Of a DNA stretch of 64,000 nt, positions 13,174-26,671 are shown in pieces. A program made the translations under genes and the position numbers. The notes under the pieces were generated by a model, which saw only the letters and a list, made by a program, of their open reading frames with translations, was not told the DNA's origin and ran no database searches. The stretch's first letter is position 1. Each line of letters starts with the position of its first letter. Source of the DNA: Podarcis liolepis (Eukaryota); the NCBI GenBank assembly GCA_965112155.1, contig OZ218103.1; one strand, given 5' to 3'.

Positions 13174-13547
13174 GGAAGCGGGTGGTGCTGTGGTCTAAAC
13201 CGCTGAGCCTCTTGGGCTTGCTGATCAGAAGGTTGACAGTTCAAATCTGTGCAACAGTGGTGAGCTCCTGTTGCTCTGTCCCAGCTTCTGCCAACCTAGA
13301 AATTCGAAAGCATGCCAGTGCAAGTAGATAAATAGGTACTGCTGTGATGGGAAGGTAAATGGTGTTTCTGTGCACTCTGGTTTCCATCACGGTGTCCCAT
13401 TGTGCCAGAAGTGGTTTAGTCATTCTGGCCACATGACTCGGAAAGCTGTCTGCGGACAAACGCCGGCTCCCTCAGCCTGTAGCGAGATGAGCGCCACACC
13501 CCATAGTCACCTTTGACTGGTCTTAACCATCCAGGGGTCCTTTACCT
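13174..13547 (+). mobile_element. Full-length Sauria SINE (Squam1), more diverged copy
   Basis: GGTGGTGCTGTGGTCTAAACC head, the diagnostic GTGCAAGTAGATAAATAGGTAC core and a CAGGGGTCCTTTACCT end. It aligns by eye to 52307-52650. Confidence 0.9.
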
Positions 13548-14384
13548 GCAAAACATCCCCCTTCCTTGTGTGCAAGAATTGGATATGCCCCCATCAAATA
13601 TGAAAGGTGTTCTGACTAAAGTATACTGCTGCTTTATATTTAAGAACAACACATATAGCCCAATCTATAGCTCAGAAACAAATCCTGCTGAGTTCCCCAG
13701 TAAGCATGCAGACAATTGCAGGTTTCGTTTTAGTGTATTGTGTGAGACAAAAAGGGAGCAAGCAGGGGATGGATGGACAATTCAGCTGAATATCTCTTGA
13801 GAATCTGACTGGTGAACGAAGGATGGTGGTAAATTGCCTGCTTACTTCTTTTGTGCCAGAAAGAGCAATCTGAAGGAGAATTGGAATCAATCCAAACTCC
13901 CACCGGAGTAGGCTGAGGTCAGAGGAGAACGTGGAAGGTTATTTTGCCTTAAAGAGTGGCTCAAGCTAATGCCCGCGAACATCTCTGCCGGCATCGATCA
14001 TGAAGACGAGACCAGTTCCATTCCCTGTTCAGTTGCCTCTACTAATAAATGTCTTCTGCTTCCTCCATAAAAGTTTCACACAGTGTTTGTGTGAGAGAAA
14101 GATTAGAGACCCAGCAGAGCAAATGTCCAGAGGTAATTTCTCTAGAACCAGAACAGACTCTATCCTTCCCCCTCCCCCTCATAATGGCTTGTCTGTGTAC
14201 AAGAAAAACCTTGTCTGTTTTATTGGTATCTTTTAATTCCCTTCATTGCAGCTCCTTATGTTTCTGTCTGGCTGATTTGTGTTTATAGTAAGGTGGCTTC
14301 CCATGCATCACAAAAAAGAGGATGAAAGGTGACAAAAGAGGAGACAGATTGGCATAGACTGATGTACATATATTGATGTGTATG

Positions 14385-15110
14385 GGGTGTTAGGGGAGGG
14401 GTAGTACCTGCCAGGCTTCTTCTGGGGTAATCTGTCCACCTTTGGTCCCCACCCTGCACTCAGCTCTCACCTGCGGCTCCTAGAAGCTGTCAGCATGTGA
14501 CCATAGCCACACCCTGGGAAACAGCTTTAACTGGTCAGCTAAACCAGGTGAGAGTAGTCGATGTGTCTCAAACCCTCTGTGCATTAAGGACTTCCCCTTG
14601 CCTGTGAAGTCAGGCTCTGGTAGATGAGGCCAACAGATGAGGCCAACAGTGGGTCCAATGGTCAAGAAGGTGGTTTCTGCATGTGTTGTAGAGGGAAGTG
14701 AGGGGCAGATGGGGCTCATCAGCTGGGAAGGGAGCCATGTAAGAGAAGAAATACTCTGATCCCAGATCTCTGATGCCTTGCAGTTATTTGTCAAAAAGGC
14801 TTCAGGAGTAAACCCTGAGTTAAAATCCATACCCGATGCCTTTGAGAGAAGAAAGGTCTAAGGAGTAAACCCTTCACAAATCCAGAGTGGAGCCTTTAAA
14901 CGGTTGAATGGCGCCTTGTACACTTCCTTCTGACAACTCCTGGAGCCAAGCTGCTGCCAAACGTATTGCTCTGCTTTCCTTTGGACCACATCAATGAAGC
15001 CCATTGTCTTGTTGTCTGGGCAGCTGAGGACCTCCATACACACTGCCCAGGCTTGTGCCCTGGAGAGGTCACTTCGGTGCTGCTAACATAGCGAAAACAA
15101 TGTGGGAGGC
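14385..15110 (+). mobile_element. Probable 5' UTR remnant of an RTE-clade LINE or a non-autonomous derivative
   Basis: Motifs AGCTCTCACCTG.GGCTCC, AGAAGAAATACTCTGAT, AAAGGCTTCAGGAGTAAACCCTGAG and ACTGCCCAGGCTTG resemble vertebrate RTE 5' regions as I recall them. There are small internal duplications and no ORF. The family assignment is tentative. Confidence 0.45.
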
Positions 15111-17224
15111 AGCAGTTATGAGTTGCCGGTCTCTGCAGCCATGGCAGGTGCTGTGATTCTCCAGTGGTTTGATTTCCCCCTTGGAGGTGCACTCCAGTGT
15201 ATCTTGAGACAGACAGATGCCAAGTATGTATGTATGTATCAATCAATCATTTATCTATATCTCTCTAACTCTCTCTCTCTCTCTCTCTCTCATCTATCTA
15301 TCTATATCATCTGAAATATGTAATTAGTGGGGGAAACTGTGTGACCAGGTGATGTGCATTTTCTCAGTCTACTGTCCAGGTTCTAGCAGTTGATGGGCAA
15401 CATCAAGACTCCTGTTCTTCCTTCATATGGGTCTTTGGGTGGCATTCAATGGAGCACCACAGGTTCCCATCCCATCCCATTCTAATCCATAGCCAAACTG
15501 CTATCTGGCACTTCCTGTGCATTTCCGCAGGGCAGCATCTTGGTGTAAAGAGATGGTGCCTGGAAGACCAGTAGGATGGAGACTAAAGGAGGCTGAATGT
15601 GCTTGGTGGTTCAGGGTGGAGTTTGATGGGCAGATAGAGTGAACAAAGGAACCTTTTGAGCCAAGTAGAAAGGAACTTGTCTGCTTATGCTAGCACTTCA
15701 ATCTGATATTTTACTCCTCCCTGGAGAGCCTGAGGAGGCAGCTAAAACGCCATATCAAGCCCTGAGACCTGACAAGCTTGTTGAAAGAATCCTAGGCTGC
15801 TGGGATTTGTAAAAGAAACCAATTCCTTCCCAGAGCCTTGTTTTGCCTGGGCATCGCTGGAGCTGAACGGGGTGTGGGAGACTCTGATATCTTCATCCGA
15901 TTAGTCAGATCTGAAGCAATTACAACTTCATTAGCTAAATAGGCTCTTCTGTTTCCCACCCTCACCACTTCAAGGCTTTGCCCTTGGGATCCTGCTGTTA
16001 AGAGCTGCACAGAGGAAGGCTAGAGAAGTAGTAGGAGGAGAGCTGCATGGTGCTGGCCAAGATAAGGGGAGAAGAAGCATTGCATACAGCTCATTTGTCA
16101 GGCCTGAAATGGAGAAGGGAGATCTGGGTTGAAAAGGAGCTATAAGAGACATCAATTTAACATGCTTTCATATTTCCCTTCCTTTCAGAGACTCATAGTA
16201 TATGGAGGTCAAGATCATAAAACACTCCAGGGGCCAGCCTTAGGTAAAAAATGAGGGGACAAACTCAGGGGACAGAGGGTGGGAGGCAGTGGTGGCAGGC
16301 CATAAAGTGAAGAGTTTAAGCAATGAAAAAGGACAATATTATAAACAGTTTAAAACAAACTACAGTCATAAGAATAGGATGGGTCCATCTATCTGTCTGT
16401 CTGATGTGTCAAAGGGCAGCGTAAAGAGATACATCTTCAGGATTCATCATGCAAGTTGAGAGTTCCTTCTTCCATGTAATGATTTAGATTTGCACACATT
16501 TGCATAAGGGTAAAAACAATATTTCTGAAGCAAGAAGTGTACTCTTTGTTTTTATATGACACAAAAGTTTCATAGCAAAAATCATTCTAGAAGATCATTC
16601 TACATGTGTGAGGGAAGGCAAGATGCTTCTTTTAAAAGGTCACCTACAATTTTTATATTGTACTTGTATAGAGCTTTCAAGTTTTCAAAGTGCATCAGAT
16701 GCATTATCTATTTGTAATTCAGGTTTCCTATGCTTCATTTTGCAGGGGCAGGGGCAGCGGCGGCGGCGGCGGCTTTCTTAAGGCCATACAGTTAGTTCAC
16801 AGTAGAGGTGAGATTTGAGCTAGGGACCTCCAGATTCATTGTTTATTCTCTTAGCCACTACACCAGCTCTCATAAGCATTTGCATCAATAATATTTTTTC
16901 CCCCTATAGAATTAGGAATGGACACAGGTGGGGAGCCCCAGGTAGTCAATTAGTATAAGTTGCTCACAAATCATCAGAGAAAACTAAGGGTGGAATTCAG
17001 TGGGGTATGTGTGTGAGAAATGCAGTAGGACTTTCATCCCACAGACCTCCCCCAAACTTGTTCTGGGTTTCCCCCAACCCCCCAGAGTAGATTTAGGGGG
17101 CTTGAGCAATGGAGAAGGGATAAAGTCCTGTTGCATGAACAGACCTCATTCCATGAATGCCAACTACTTAGCTGAATTCTGCCCACACATTGGGAATCTC
17201 CATTATCCAGGAGCATATCAATTT

Positions 17225-17320
17225 GAGACCTCTCCAGGGGTATCTAGTTGGTCAGTTAGAACAAGATTCTGGACTAGATGGGCCACTGGCTTAATTTAGT
17301 GGGAATCTTTGTATGTTCTT
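17225..17320 (+). mobile_element. CR1 3' end fragment, decayed
   Basis: CTGGACTAGATGGGCCACTGGC...TATGTTCTT, similar to 62380-62462. Confidence 0.55.
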
Positions 17321-17946
17321 GTTAGACCCTCACTATATTCATAGTCAGAAATATAAAATAGTAGAAAATGAATCTGTATTCCTTCGTGTGATGGACACTG
17401 AGCAGTGTAATATTTTGGAATGAGAATTCTGGGATGGACAAAGTCCTTCTTTGTCTGAAGTCATGACCCAGTGTTCATTTGCCAAGCAGAGCTCAGCTCT
17501 TAGGTACAATGGGGCTGTTATCTAAGTGGATCCATGGGATGAGAAACCAAGGAGCAGGCAGAAGCTCACAGGAGCAATCAATATAAGGTCTATTTCGTAG
17601 GCTTTTACTTAGATTGTGCTATTCCTGAAATAGAGAGCAGCTGGGATCTAACTGGATTGCCTTGGGGAGTGAAATGATATTTAACTATTATGGTAACGCG
17701 ACACCCCTTGAGTGGGTTGTCATCAGCATGGATTGAATGGGGACTGGGGAGGGAGACTGCGCCTTCGGAGTGCAGATGAGAACTCCTGCCTTTTTGAAAG
17801 CATTTTGCATTCTGAGTTCTTGACAGAAAAGGCCCTCCATTCTCCCCATCTTCTAATCATCCATTGCAAGCGATCTTTTTCACATCACTGAGCAGTTCTT
17901 CAAATGAAAAGGAAGCTGTGCAGCTACTGAACAGAGAGCAGCACTT

Positions 17947-17948
<2 letters not shown>

Positions 17949-17988
<40 letters not shown>
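17949..17988. repeat. (GT)20 microsatellite
   Basis: Read directly. Confidence 0.97.
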
Positions 17989-17990
<2 letters not shown>

Positions 17991-18383
17991 GAAGAAACAC
18001 CCATAACCATTTAACAGAGCACCAGGGTCTTCCAATCTCTGGGCTGCTCCATCTGTTAATATAATTTTCCAGAAGGCAAGATTTCACTCAAACCTTCTCC
18101 GGCTCCTGTACATTTATTGGCAGCTGGCTTTGCTCCTTCCTAAATGGACGCTTGCTTATGCATCACCTATATGATTTCCCCTTGCAGTCGTTTGTCAGGT
18201 AGCATATGCCATTTCGAAATGGCAGAAGGGCAGAGAGATGACCTAAGCAGTACAGATCGTTAGCTGCACCTCGGGAGGACAGCCTTTGAAAACCACTCTT
18301 ACAATGTTTTCAAGCATCAGGGTAGCTTTTGACTTTTTGTTTATCTCCCTTGTATCAAAAGGTGGTTTCACTCCATACTACCC

Positions 18384-18720
18384 CAGGGTGGCCAAGTGTC
18401 CTACTTTACAGGGCATTTGAAGGCAGTGCTCTATTTGAAGGACTATCCAGTCCAAGTCCTGTTTAAAGTGAAAGAAGCATAAGAAGCAGCCTTGAAGTTG
18501 CCCATTGACACTTAACATCTGGAAAACAAACTGAGCAGGCACAAAGATCACCTGAGCACAGCCTTCCCAACAATGGTGAGCTTTACTGTATTTCTATTTA
18601 AGTTAGAGTTATCATTTTTAAAATTTGTGCCTAAGCATAAAAATTAACGTATACAATTTTTATGCAACTATGTCCTCTTTTTCCCCTTTCCCTTTTGATT
18701 TTGCGTAAGTGGCCACACTA
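18384..18720. mobile_element. hAT (Blackjack-like) non-autonomous DNA transposon
   Basis: TIRs CAGGGTGGCCA / TGGCCACACTA. The flanks are an 8-bp near-perfect TSD: TACTACCC (18376-18383) and TACCACCC (18721-18728). Confidence 0.7.
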
Positions 18721-20949
18721 TACCACCCAAAGATGATGTGTGTTTCCTGGTTTGTGTACTTGCCACAGGAAACTGTAGCCCATCAGGACCTCCTTTTAGC
18801 ATTCACCCATAATAATCACTTGTTTGTAAGTGATGGATCTTACATTGTAGCGTGCACAATATCAGGCAATTTCTGATATGCCAACTTACCTTGAAGGGTT
18901 TTTGTAGGGATGTTCTGAGATGATGGGGATGAAGTACCTTGAACATTCCAGAATTATATAAGTATATATATCATCACCATTAATATTACTAGCCAACTGA
19001 CAGCAAATATACAGTTAACTTTAATTTCTTCCAACCTGGTGTTGATTTTGCAACTGGGCTTAGTAAACCAGATGCTAAAAATAAATGACGTATAACTTTT
19101 CAGAGCACTTCCATTAGAAGCCACAAAACACTACATATGGCAGAACTGTTTGATGCAGATGCATACATAGTTACAAGAAAGCTAATATTGAAAGTGTTCT
19201 GTTTTATCACTCACATTTGATTTAATAGCTTTTTGGCTTCGAGCACTGCAGAAAACAGAAGAAAAAATAGTGAGCAAAACATGCCAACATTTATGCCAGC
19301 ACTGCTTTTTTTTGCATGTGAAAGTCAGCCATTTTGCATGTGAAATTTGCTAAGAAAGCATTTGCCCGTGAAACCATCTCTGCCAGCTATTTATTTAGTC
19401 TTTGCTGCTCCTTTTCAAAAAGAAACATCTTTGGCTATTTTCAGCAATGATAGCTACAGCCTGATCCTCAAGAGCCCTGTGTTCAGTGATATGAGCAAGG
19501 AACTGATCTATCTAACCATTTTAAGTTCCAGCTACCAACCTAGCTGCGGGGCCATTCTTCCTCTCTTGCGTAGGAGACAAATGAATGTCATACTTGGCAT
19601 CTCTTCTGAACAATATTTTTATTATGTTTAGTGTTCTCTATACAAAAAGAAAATCAGTTTTCTTTACAGTGATTCAAAAACATTTCTGAATATTTTGGCC
19701 TTTTTCAAATCGCTCATGCAGTCCATATATTAAACATGTCTCCGTAGTCTGTAAAGCTACTCACTGTAAGTCATTCTTTACAGTCTCAGATATGCATTCA
19801 TCTATTGGAAAGCAGATTAACACAGAATGTCCTTTTTATTTTTTTAAAAAGAAGGCAAATAATTACATAGAATGTATTGGAGCAATGGGGAGGACTTTTA
19901 AGGAACAGGGTGTGTGTGAGTGTGGATATTTACAAATTAAAAACAAACAAAACAAACAGAAAGCAGTACAATAATTTGTTGGTGGTGTTTGAAACCTCCA
20001 TAGTGCAAAGGGTGGTCTCTCCGCTTTCATCGGTTCAACATGAGGGGGTGGGGGCCCAAGACTGCCTTCTGACATCACGATCATACCATGAAATTTGCTT
20101 GAAAGGGACAGATCAAGAGAGAGGCACTCCTGGGTTAAATGGAGAGCCGCATGACATTCTGGATTTCTTACTATCAGAAAAGTCTTGCTGGCTCTTCTTA
20201 TTTAAGATGAGCTGCAATGCGTAAAAGAAAATGGATTTCACATTTTATTACTATCATTATTATTATTATTGCTTAGCTGAAGACTTTTGACGCTAGCATA
20301 GAATTAAGCCTGGTGCAAGGCATGCTTCCTTTATAGGTCAAAGTCAATATTCCACATTTCACATTCTCTACATTCCGGGAAGTGAAAGTAAGGTTTGTTT
20401 TCTTTCCTGCAGCTGCTATAGCTGAGATGAGGGGAAAGGCCGCAATAGGTCATTATGAGTCAGGTGAAACACGTAAACAAGAAGCTGAGCCCTAATGGAA
20501 ATCAATGACTGGCACTCTCCTCGGATATTCCTGACAGGTAGCAGGGTTGTATCTTGTTTAGACACATGAATCCAGGTCATTATAGGCAGATCGATGGCAG
20601 GGGTCAGGACTCTGTTATGCTAGTTGACCTGTGGGTCACTTCTACAGGGTGGTAATTGAGTGGAAAGACAATGTCAGGATTGTCCAAGATCATGTTTCCT
20701 TTGCTGTAATTGTAGCATCACCAGCACATAAGGCAGAATATGTGTCTCCCCTACTCTAATGTTCCACAGAAGGTGAAGGTGTTCATTTAACTGCCAAACT
20801 GCCACACACAAAATAAGCTATGGAGATTGCCTCCTCTTTGAACTTGCTGGCTCAACTTAGCAACAGTGAAAGCAGGCAACAACATCTGGAACTACCTGCA
20901 ATTTCCCAAAAACATGAAGGACCTGCATAACAGACACATGGGTCAGATC

Positions 20950-20955
20950 TTTATT
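20950..20955 (-). terminator. Candidate distal poly(A) signal of NFASC
   Basis: Minus-strand AATAAA with a U-rich upstream element (TTTATTTCCATTTTTAACTTTAC) and GU-rich sequence downstream (TGTGTCTGTT). It would give a ~5.7-kb 3' UTR, similar in scale to mammalian NFASC. Confidence 0.5.
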
Positions 20956-21216
20956 TGTAAAGTTAAAAATGGAAATAAACCTATTATAGTTTTCAACACA
21001 AGCCATGAATGGTATAATGGGTGACTGAGTGGCATAGCTGATGTGGTTACATGAGCCAACACCTCAATAATCTCTGGAGTCAGGAACAGGGAACTGTTCA
21101 AAATGTCAGATGTTACTACATCTGGCTGGTATGCAGGATGGGCATAGGGGAACAGGTTCCATATCTGCTGTGATAAGTTGGCAGTGTGATCTTTCACTAG
21201 TCCTTATGATTAGAAT

Positions 21217-21350
21217 AAGGATGGGGAATCTGTGACCATCCAGATGTTGGGCTCCAGCTCCCATCGGCCCCAAGCAGTGTGCCCAATGGTCAGGGATGAT
21301 GGAAGTTGTTGTGGTCCATCATCTGAAGAGCCACAGGTTCCCTATCCCTG
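21217..21350. mobile_element. Palindromic hAT-like MITE
   Basis: AGGATGGGGAATCTGTG ... CACAGGTTCCCTATCCCTG are inverted ends, and the internal arms also pair. Confidence 0.7.
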
Positions 21351-21965
21351 TATCTCAGCTGCCTTTGCAGACTATAGATGATGTTTCAACAATGGCTGCC
21401 TACTTCTCTGTGTTGCTTGCACCACACTCAATTCTTAAAGTGGAACATGTCAGTGAAGATTTGTTCAGGTTGTTAGTCTCTTGGATGGGGCTAAGGGGAC
21501 TGCTAAAGGCAATTCCACAGGAATATGCTTGTCTCCTACCATCATGAATTGTTGCAGAATTGGACCTGCTATCAGGTGTAAGACAGGAGGAAGAGAAGAA
21601 TTCAAATTAGATAGATGGATCTCTCTCTCTCTTTAGTTCACTCTCTCTCTAGCCTATGCAATCAGGTCTTCTGCTCCAGTCAACTATCAAACTGGCCCCA
21701 AAGTCAGTGAGCACCCTATGGAATTTGAAACCTTGTGTCTTGTCCCTAACTTAACAAAGCCTGCTACATCCCTCTCAAATATTTTATCCCATCCGAGTGC
21801 TAAGTAGGTCCAACACCCATTAGCTTCCAAGATCAAATGGCATCAGGTGTGTTCACAGTGGCATGGCAGTATGCCTCTGAAAACTTAACTAAAAGTAGTA
21901 TTTACAACACAATATGCATTGTGCCTGGTTTCATTGTTGCATTTAACAATAGTCTTAGATGTTAT

Positions 21966-21971
21966 TTTATT
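21966..21971 (-). terminator. Candidate alternative poly(A) signal of NFASC
   Basis: Minus-strand TTTACAATAAAATAAC in an AU-rich context, with GU-rich sequence further downstream. Confidence 0.35.
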
Positions 21972-22678
21972 GTAAATGCATTGCTGTTGATGGAAGCGAC
22001 CTCAAATACTGTGCATGAGACAGAGATATAAACCTTTTCAATAAAATGCAATAAAGTCTACTTATGGCTGTCTGTTCTATAGCAGTGGTTAAAGAAGCTG
22101 TCAATGCATGCCACATTTTGTCCATTGTTTGGTTTCCCTCAATACTCAGCAACGGTAAGAGCCTTTCCAGCTGATCTCTTTTCATTTTGCATAAAAGCCT
22201 TTGCTGTTCATTTGTTCAGACTCCCATATGTTGTTGTTTTCAAGGTAGAACTCTGTATAGGAATGTTGCATGTTCTCAGCACTCAAAACTGTATTTTAAA
22301 ACTGGGAAATGCAATCTTTCTCCTGGGTAGCATGCAATGTGTAATTCTTAGTGTTGTGTGGAATGTGGCTAGTCAGGAGTGGCAGCTTGGCCCCACAACC
22401 ATGGGGGCCTGGAACCATGGGTGCCATGTAGTGTGCATGGCCCTGGCACCTAAATTTGTGGGTGTCCAGTCCCTTCATGGGGAATTTTGTGGGTGTCCAA
22501 GCATCCAGGACCCCAGGGAGTTGGCACCTATGTGGATAGTGGAAGCATCTACTGGGTAGAGGGAGACATAAGTGGGGACAGCCATCTCCTCACACTCACC
22601 AATTTGTGATATTTTCAAATTACGTCATTCTTCCAATGCTTGGGAGTCCTTTGGAAGCACAGGAATGTCCCCATAGTC

Positions 22679-22817
22679 CAAGGAGTGGGGAAACTTTGGG
22701 CCTCCAGAGGCTGCCTAACTACAACTCCCATCAACCCTAACAAGCATGGCTCATTGCCAGGGGTTATGGGAGTTGTAGTTCAGCAGCATCTGACAGGCCC
22801 AAGGTTCTCTACATCTG
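22679..22817. mobile_element. Palindromic hAT-like MITE
   Basis: AACTACAACTCCCAT ... ATGGGAGTTGTAGTT is a perfect internal inverted repeat. The flanks CCATAGTC and CAGTAGCC resemble a decayed 8-bp TSD. Confidence 0.75.
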
Positions 22818-24154
22818 CAGTAGCCCCTTAAAGAAGGGCATAAAGCAGCAGATGTCCCCCTCTGTAGTAATGCCCCAGAAGTTTGTGCTGTTTTCTTCTT
22901 TGAATGCAGTGTGCTCTTGCATTAGAGCCCATGGATTCCAAAGTTAAGAAAAAGCAGTGAGCACACACGTAACTCTCCCTTGCCACTGAGGTCTCCTTCC
23001 CCATCCATTACTAGAGGATGGGGTAGCATACTACTCATACTGGACTGGGGATAGTTTGCTGCAGGAAAAGTCCAGGCTTCTAATAATTCGGAAATGGTTC
23101 CTTAGCTTGTCTAAACCCATCTCAATACACATCCTTAAATGGCTCCAGGGCAGGGGTGAGCAATTTGCTCTCTACTGGGAAAACCATACCCACATTTATA
23201 CAAGGGCGCCCACAGAGAATACAACAAGGAATGAGTTACTGGCAGTTCAATGACTTTTCAGGGAAGGAACCTATTTAGTTGATTTATTCCTTATGAGAGA
23301 ATTCAAGCCTGATAAAGAAACATCTCACCAAGTGTCTTGGCTTTTATTTCTGTTACGTTTATATAGGGCTTTAATAACAAGATATGTAGCTTCCGAACTC
23401 ATCTCTCATCTCTTAAGCACAAATCCATTCCTGAGGTAAGTATACTGACTATAATGGCAAATACTAACAATATTTTGTCAACTGTAAGTTAGACTTATTC
23501 TTCCTGCTGCAGTTAAAGGAAAGCAAATGGCCTGGTACTGGAGCAGGTTTTGCAAATAGCATTGCATGCAGAACCCTGACAGATCTGGTTTCAGAACTGC
23601 CTTCTAAAAGAACACAGAGCCATTTAATGTTTTTGTTAAAATTCAATCTTTCCCCAGCTTTTATCAAACTCCTGCAAGGCATCTCTACATCCACTAAAAG
23701 TTAGCCCACCCGCTTAGCCACAATATTTTTCAAACAGATGGTATGAGGGAGGCTTGGGAGGAAAAAACACATGTGCACAGAATAGGATTGCAGGCACTGC
23801 TGGGTACGTATGATAGACTAAATTTGGTTGTTTTTAAAAGGTCTCATATAAAGCTGGCTACATATGCCTGGTTTTATCTTGTGACTTGTAGATAGGCCAA
23901 AGCTAGCCAGGTCCATCTATATGGGAATGCTCCCTTAAGTTTAGGGACAGTATACATAATGCTAGAAATTTGTAGTTTGTGGGCTGGATTGGAAAACGTG
24001 TATAGCATTTTGGGAGGTGCCACTTTCAGTGGTGTCACTGTGCAAACAGTTCAAATGCATGCAAGGTGCATTTAGTTGTGTTGCGGTATGTTCTCAGTGG
24101 TAGTGCGTGCTTCCTTGCGAAAGGTCCCAAGTTGCGTCTCTGCCACCATGAGAG

Positions 24155-24280
24155 GGTGAACCTGTGGTCACCCATCCATTTGGTGCCATCTCCCATCCAC
24201 TCCAGCTAGCATGGCCAATGGTCAGGGGTGACAGGAGTTGCAGTCCAGCAACATCTAGAGACCACAGGCTCCCTATCTCA
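24155..24280. mobile_element. Palindromic hAT-like MITE, preceded by a tRNA-like SINE head fragment (~24095-24147)
   Basis: GAACCTGTGGTC ... GACCACAGGCTC inverted arms; same family as 21217 and 22679. Confidence 0.6.
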
Positions 24281-24611
24281 ATGTTAGAATTAGGAGATCC
24301 TTTTAATTTGATCAAATCAAAGTAAAAAAATGGACAAATCCACCAGGGGAGTAATTAAGCATGCAAAACTATAGGACCAGAAGATACATTTACTGTACCA
24401 CTAACAGATTGTAGCCTGTTTAAGGAGTGGTTTGGAACAGTAACCCCAAGCCACAACCTTTCGTTGCCTGGCTTGACTCACAGCACAAGCTTCCCTGGGT
24501 TGGTGACAGTTTTCTTGCATTTGAGATTTCATTTAGCTGTTTTCTTCTTAAGTCTCGATGTCTCCCAGCCTCTTACTGAATACATGAAACCCCATTTCTG
24601 CATTTTATGCC

Positions 24612-24748
24612 CATAGGCGTAGCCATGATTTTTGTTTGGTGGGGGGAAGAACCGAGTTATCTGTGGCACAATTGGTCAGTTAAGTATTTTTATTTATTTA
24701 CTTTTTGGAGAGGGGTCGGCTAGCTGCCCCTCTGCAGCTATGCCCATG
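24612..24748. mobile_element. hAT MITE with an 8-bp TSD
   Basis: TIRs CATAGGCGTAGC / GCTATGCCCATG. TSD TTTATGCC (24604-24611) and TCTATGCC (24749-24756). Confidence 0.75.
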
Positions 24749-26671
24749 TCTATGCCCATTCATTAGAAACACCCTTGTTAGCAAAGCTACTTTTCAGGCA
24801 AGCCAGTTTGAAAGTTCAGCCATGTCACAACTATTTCCATTTCACAATGATGCTGAAACATCTATTGAAGTTTTCCCTAAATGTTATTTTACAGCTGCGA
24901 AACTGTCGGAGACAGATCTCTCTCTTTAAATACTTTTGACTTTGAAAGTGCAGGGAGTGAAGAGAATACATACTGCATTCCATAAATACTGTATATTACC
25001 GGGGGGGGGGGGACTTCTACCTTCTACGATGACCCATGCCTTCTCAACTGACCAAGCTGAAGCTTCCTTATTTGTACTGCATCGACAGATTACAGACCAT
25101 CACACCAGGGGCTTAATCTACGGGTAAATATTCATAGTTTATTAAGCTTCAGGGAAAGCATGAAGCTGTTTAAGGCATATATGGAAGAACAGTGTCACAA
25201 CAGAATCTGTATCTGAGGAAAACAGGTTTGCTGCGTGTTAGCAAGTTAGCTTGAGTGCCTTTGATGTGTAACTAACAAGATAGGGTGAGCTCCATGCTGC
25301 TGCTTATTTAAGTACTGGAAAAAGCCTCTTTTAGGCTAATTGAGGCCCCTGCATGTGTCAGAGTGGCTTTTACCTTGAAAGCCCAAAAAAATTGTAACCC
25401 TGACTGATATGCAAATGATAGGAACAATGGAAAGATGAATCAGGGTGGATTCTGAGTGCCTTTGTACTTTTGCATCAAACATATAGGGAATGGAAATCCC
25501 TGAACTTTTCACAGAAGAGGCTGGCGGGTTTAATGCCAGGCTAGTTTATTCTTAGTAGGCACCATTCTTTTTTGGTTAGTGGTAGGAAAGCATAGACCGG
25601 TTGCTCTTCCCTGGTCACCCTTCCTCCCTTTCCTGCTACGTGCATGTTCACGGAGTGGCTATTAACACCACGTGTGAACATAGGGAGGAATGACTACTTT
25701 CAGCAAGAATGGACAACAACCCCCACCCCCAATAATTTATCCAGGAAAACAATAACCCAATTATGTTTTCCTACCCTGGATTAGCAGAAAGATGCAACTG
25801 TTTCCATTAAACTCTTTCTTTGGAGAAAGATGCTAAATAGCATGGGCAGAGGGATGAAAACCTTGCCTCGGCGGTACCTGCATCAGAACCAATACTTGTA
25901 TAGCACTAACTGAGATCACAGACAGTTTGGGTCAATGCAACAAGTACCCCCCCCCTTCCCCATGCGTATAGCTTCCACACTGAAGCCCAATATAGTACCG
26001 TTTCTTCTTATAGGAAGGAATATCCTACACCTTGCTTGGTGAGGATTATTAAGCCAGAGCCTGGCTGCAATGATCTCCGACAGAAATAAATTGCCATCAA
26101 GGTTCCTGTTTATAAAACAGCCTCGTTTTTACCAGTAGCCGATTCCGCAATGTGGTTTCATGCTGCTTTTACCGGGGGATTATACTCTCATCTCCACCCC
26201 TCTCACTCCAGATTTCCCCCATGTTTGGGCATTTCTTTTTCTGAGAATAACTTTGAAGCCTTTTAAAAAACACAACAACCAAAAGAAAAATAAAAGAAAA
26301 ATCAGCTGTGTACATTATTAATGAAAGGAGTTGCATTATCTCACAAATTAGACATAGGGGGTATAGAGGGGTGTTTATTTCAGCTCGAGTTCTGAAGCCT
26401 GGGGTGTAGAATCTGTGCATCCTGCTCTTCTACTGGTCTCTTGTGGGTCAGCTCAGATTTCAGCTGCAGTAAGATTGCTTCGGCAGCCGGTGCATCTATG
26501 CCATTTGCTTTGTTTGCGAAAGAGATGATGGCCCTGGTGACCACCTGGCCGGGTTTTTGTTTGCTCTCTGTGGTCCTACCCTAGTTGCTTTCTGTTGATG
26601 GTGACTTTGCCGACCCACACGGGCTATAAGTCTTCTTGCTGCTGCTGCTGCTGTTGTTTCAGTGTATTGCG

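Larger units (their letters stand above)
20930..26671 (-). other. NFASC: Putative long 3' UTR of NFASC (distal end uncertain)
   Basis: Directly follows the TAA at 26672-26674. Several minus-strand AATAAA candidates lie within it. Confidence 0.55.
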
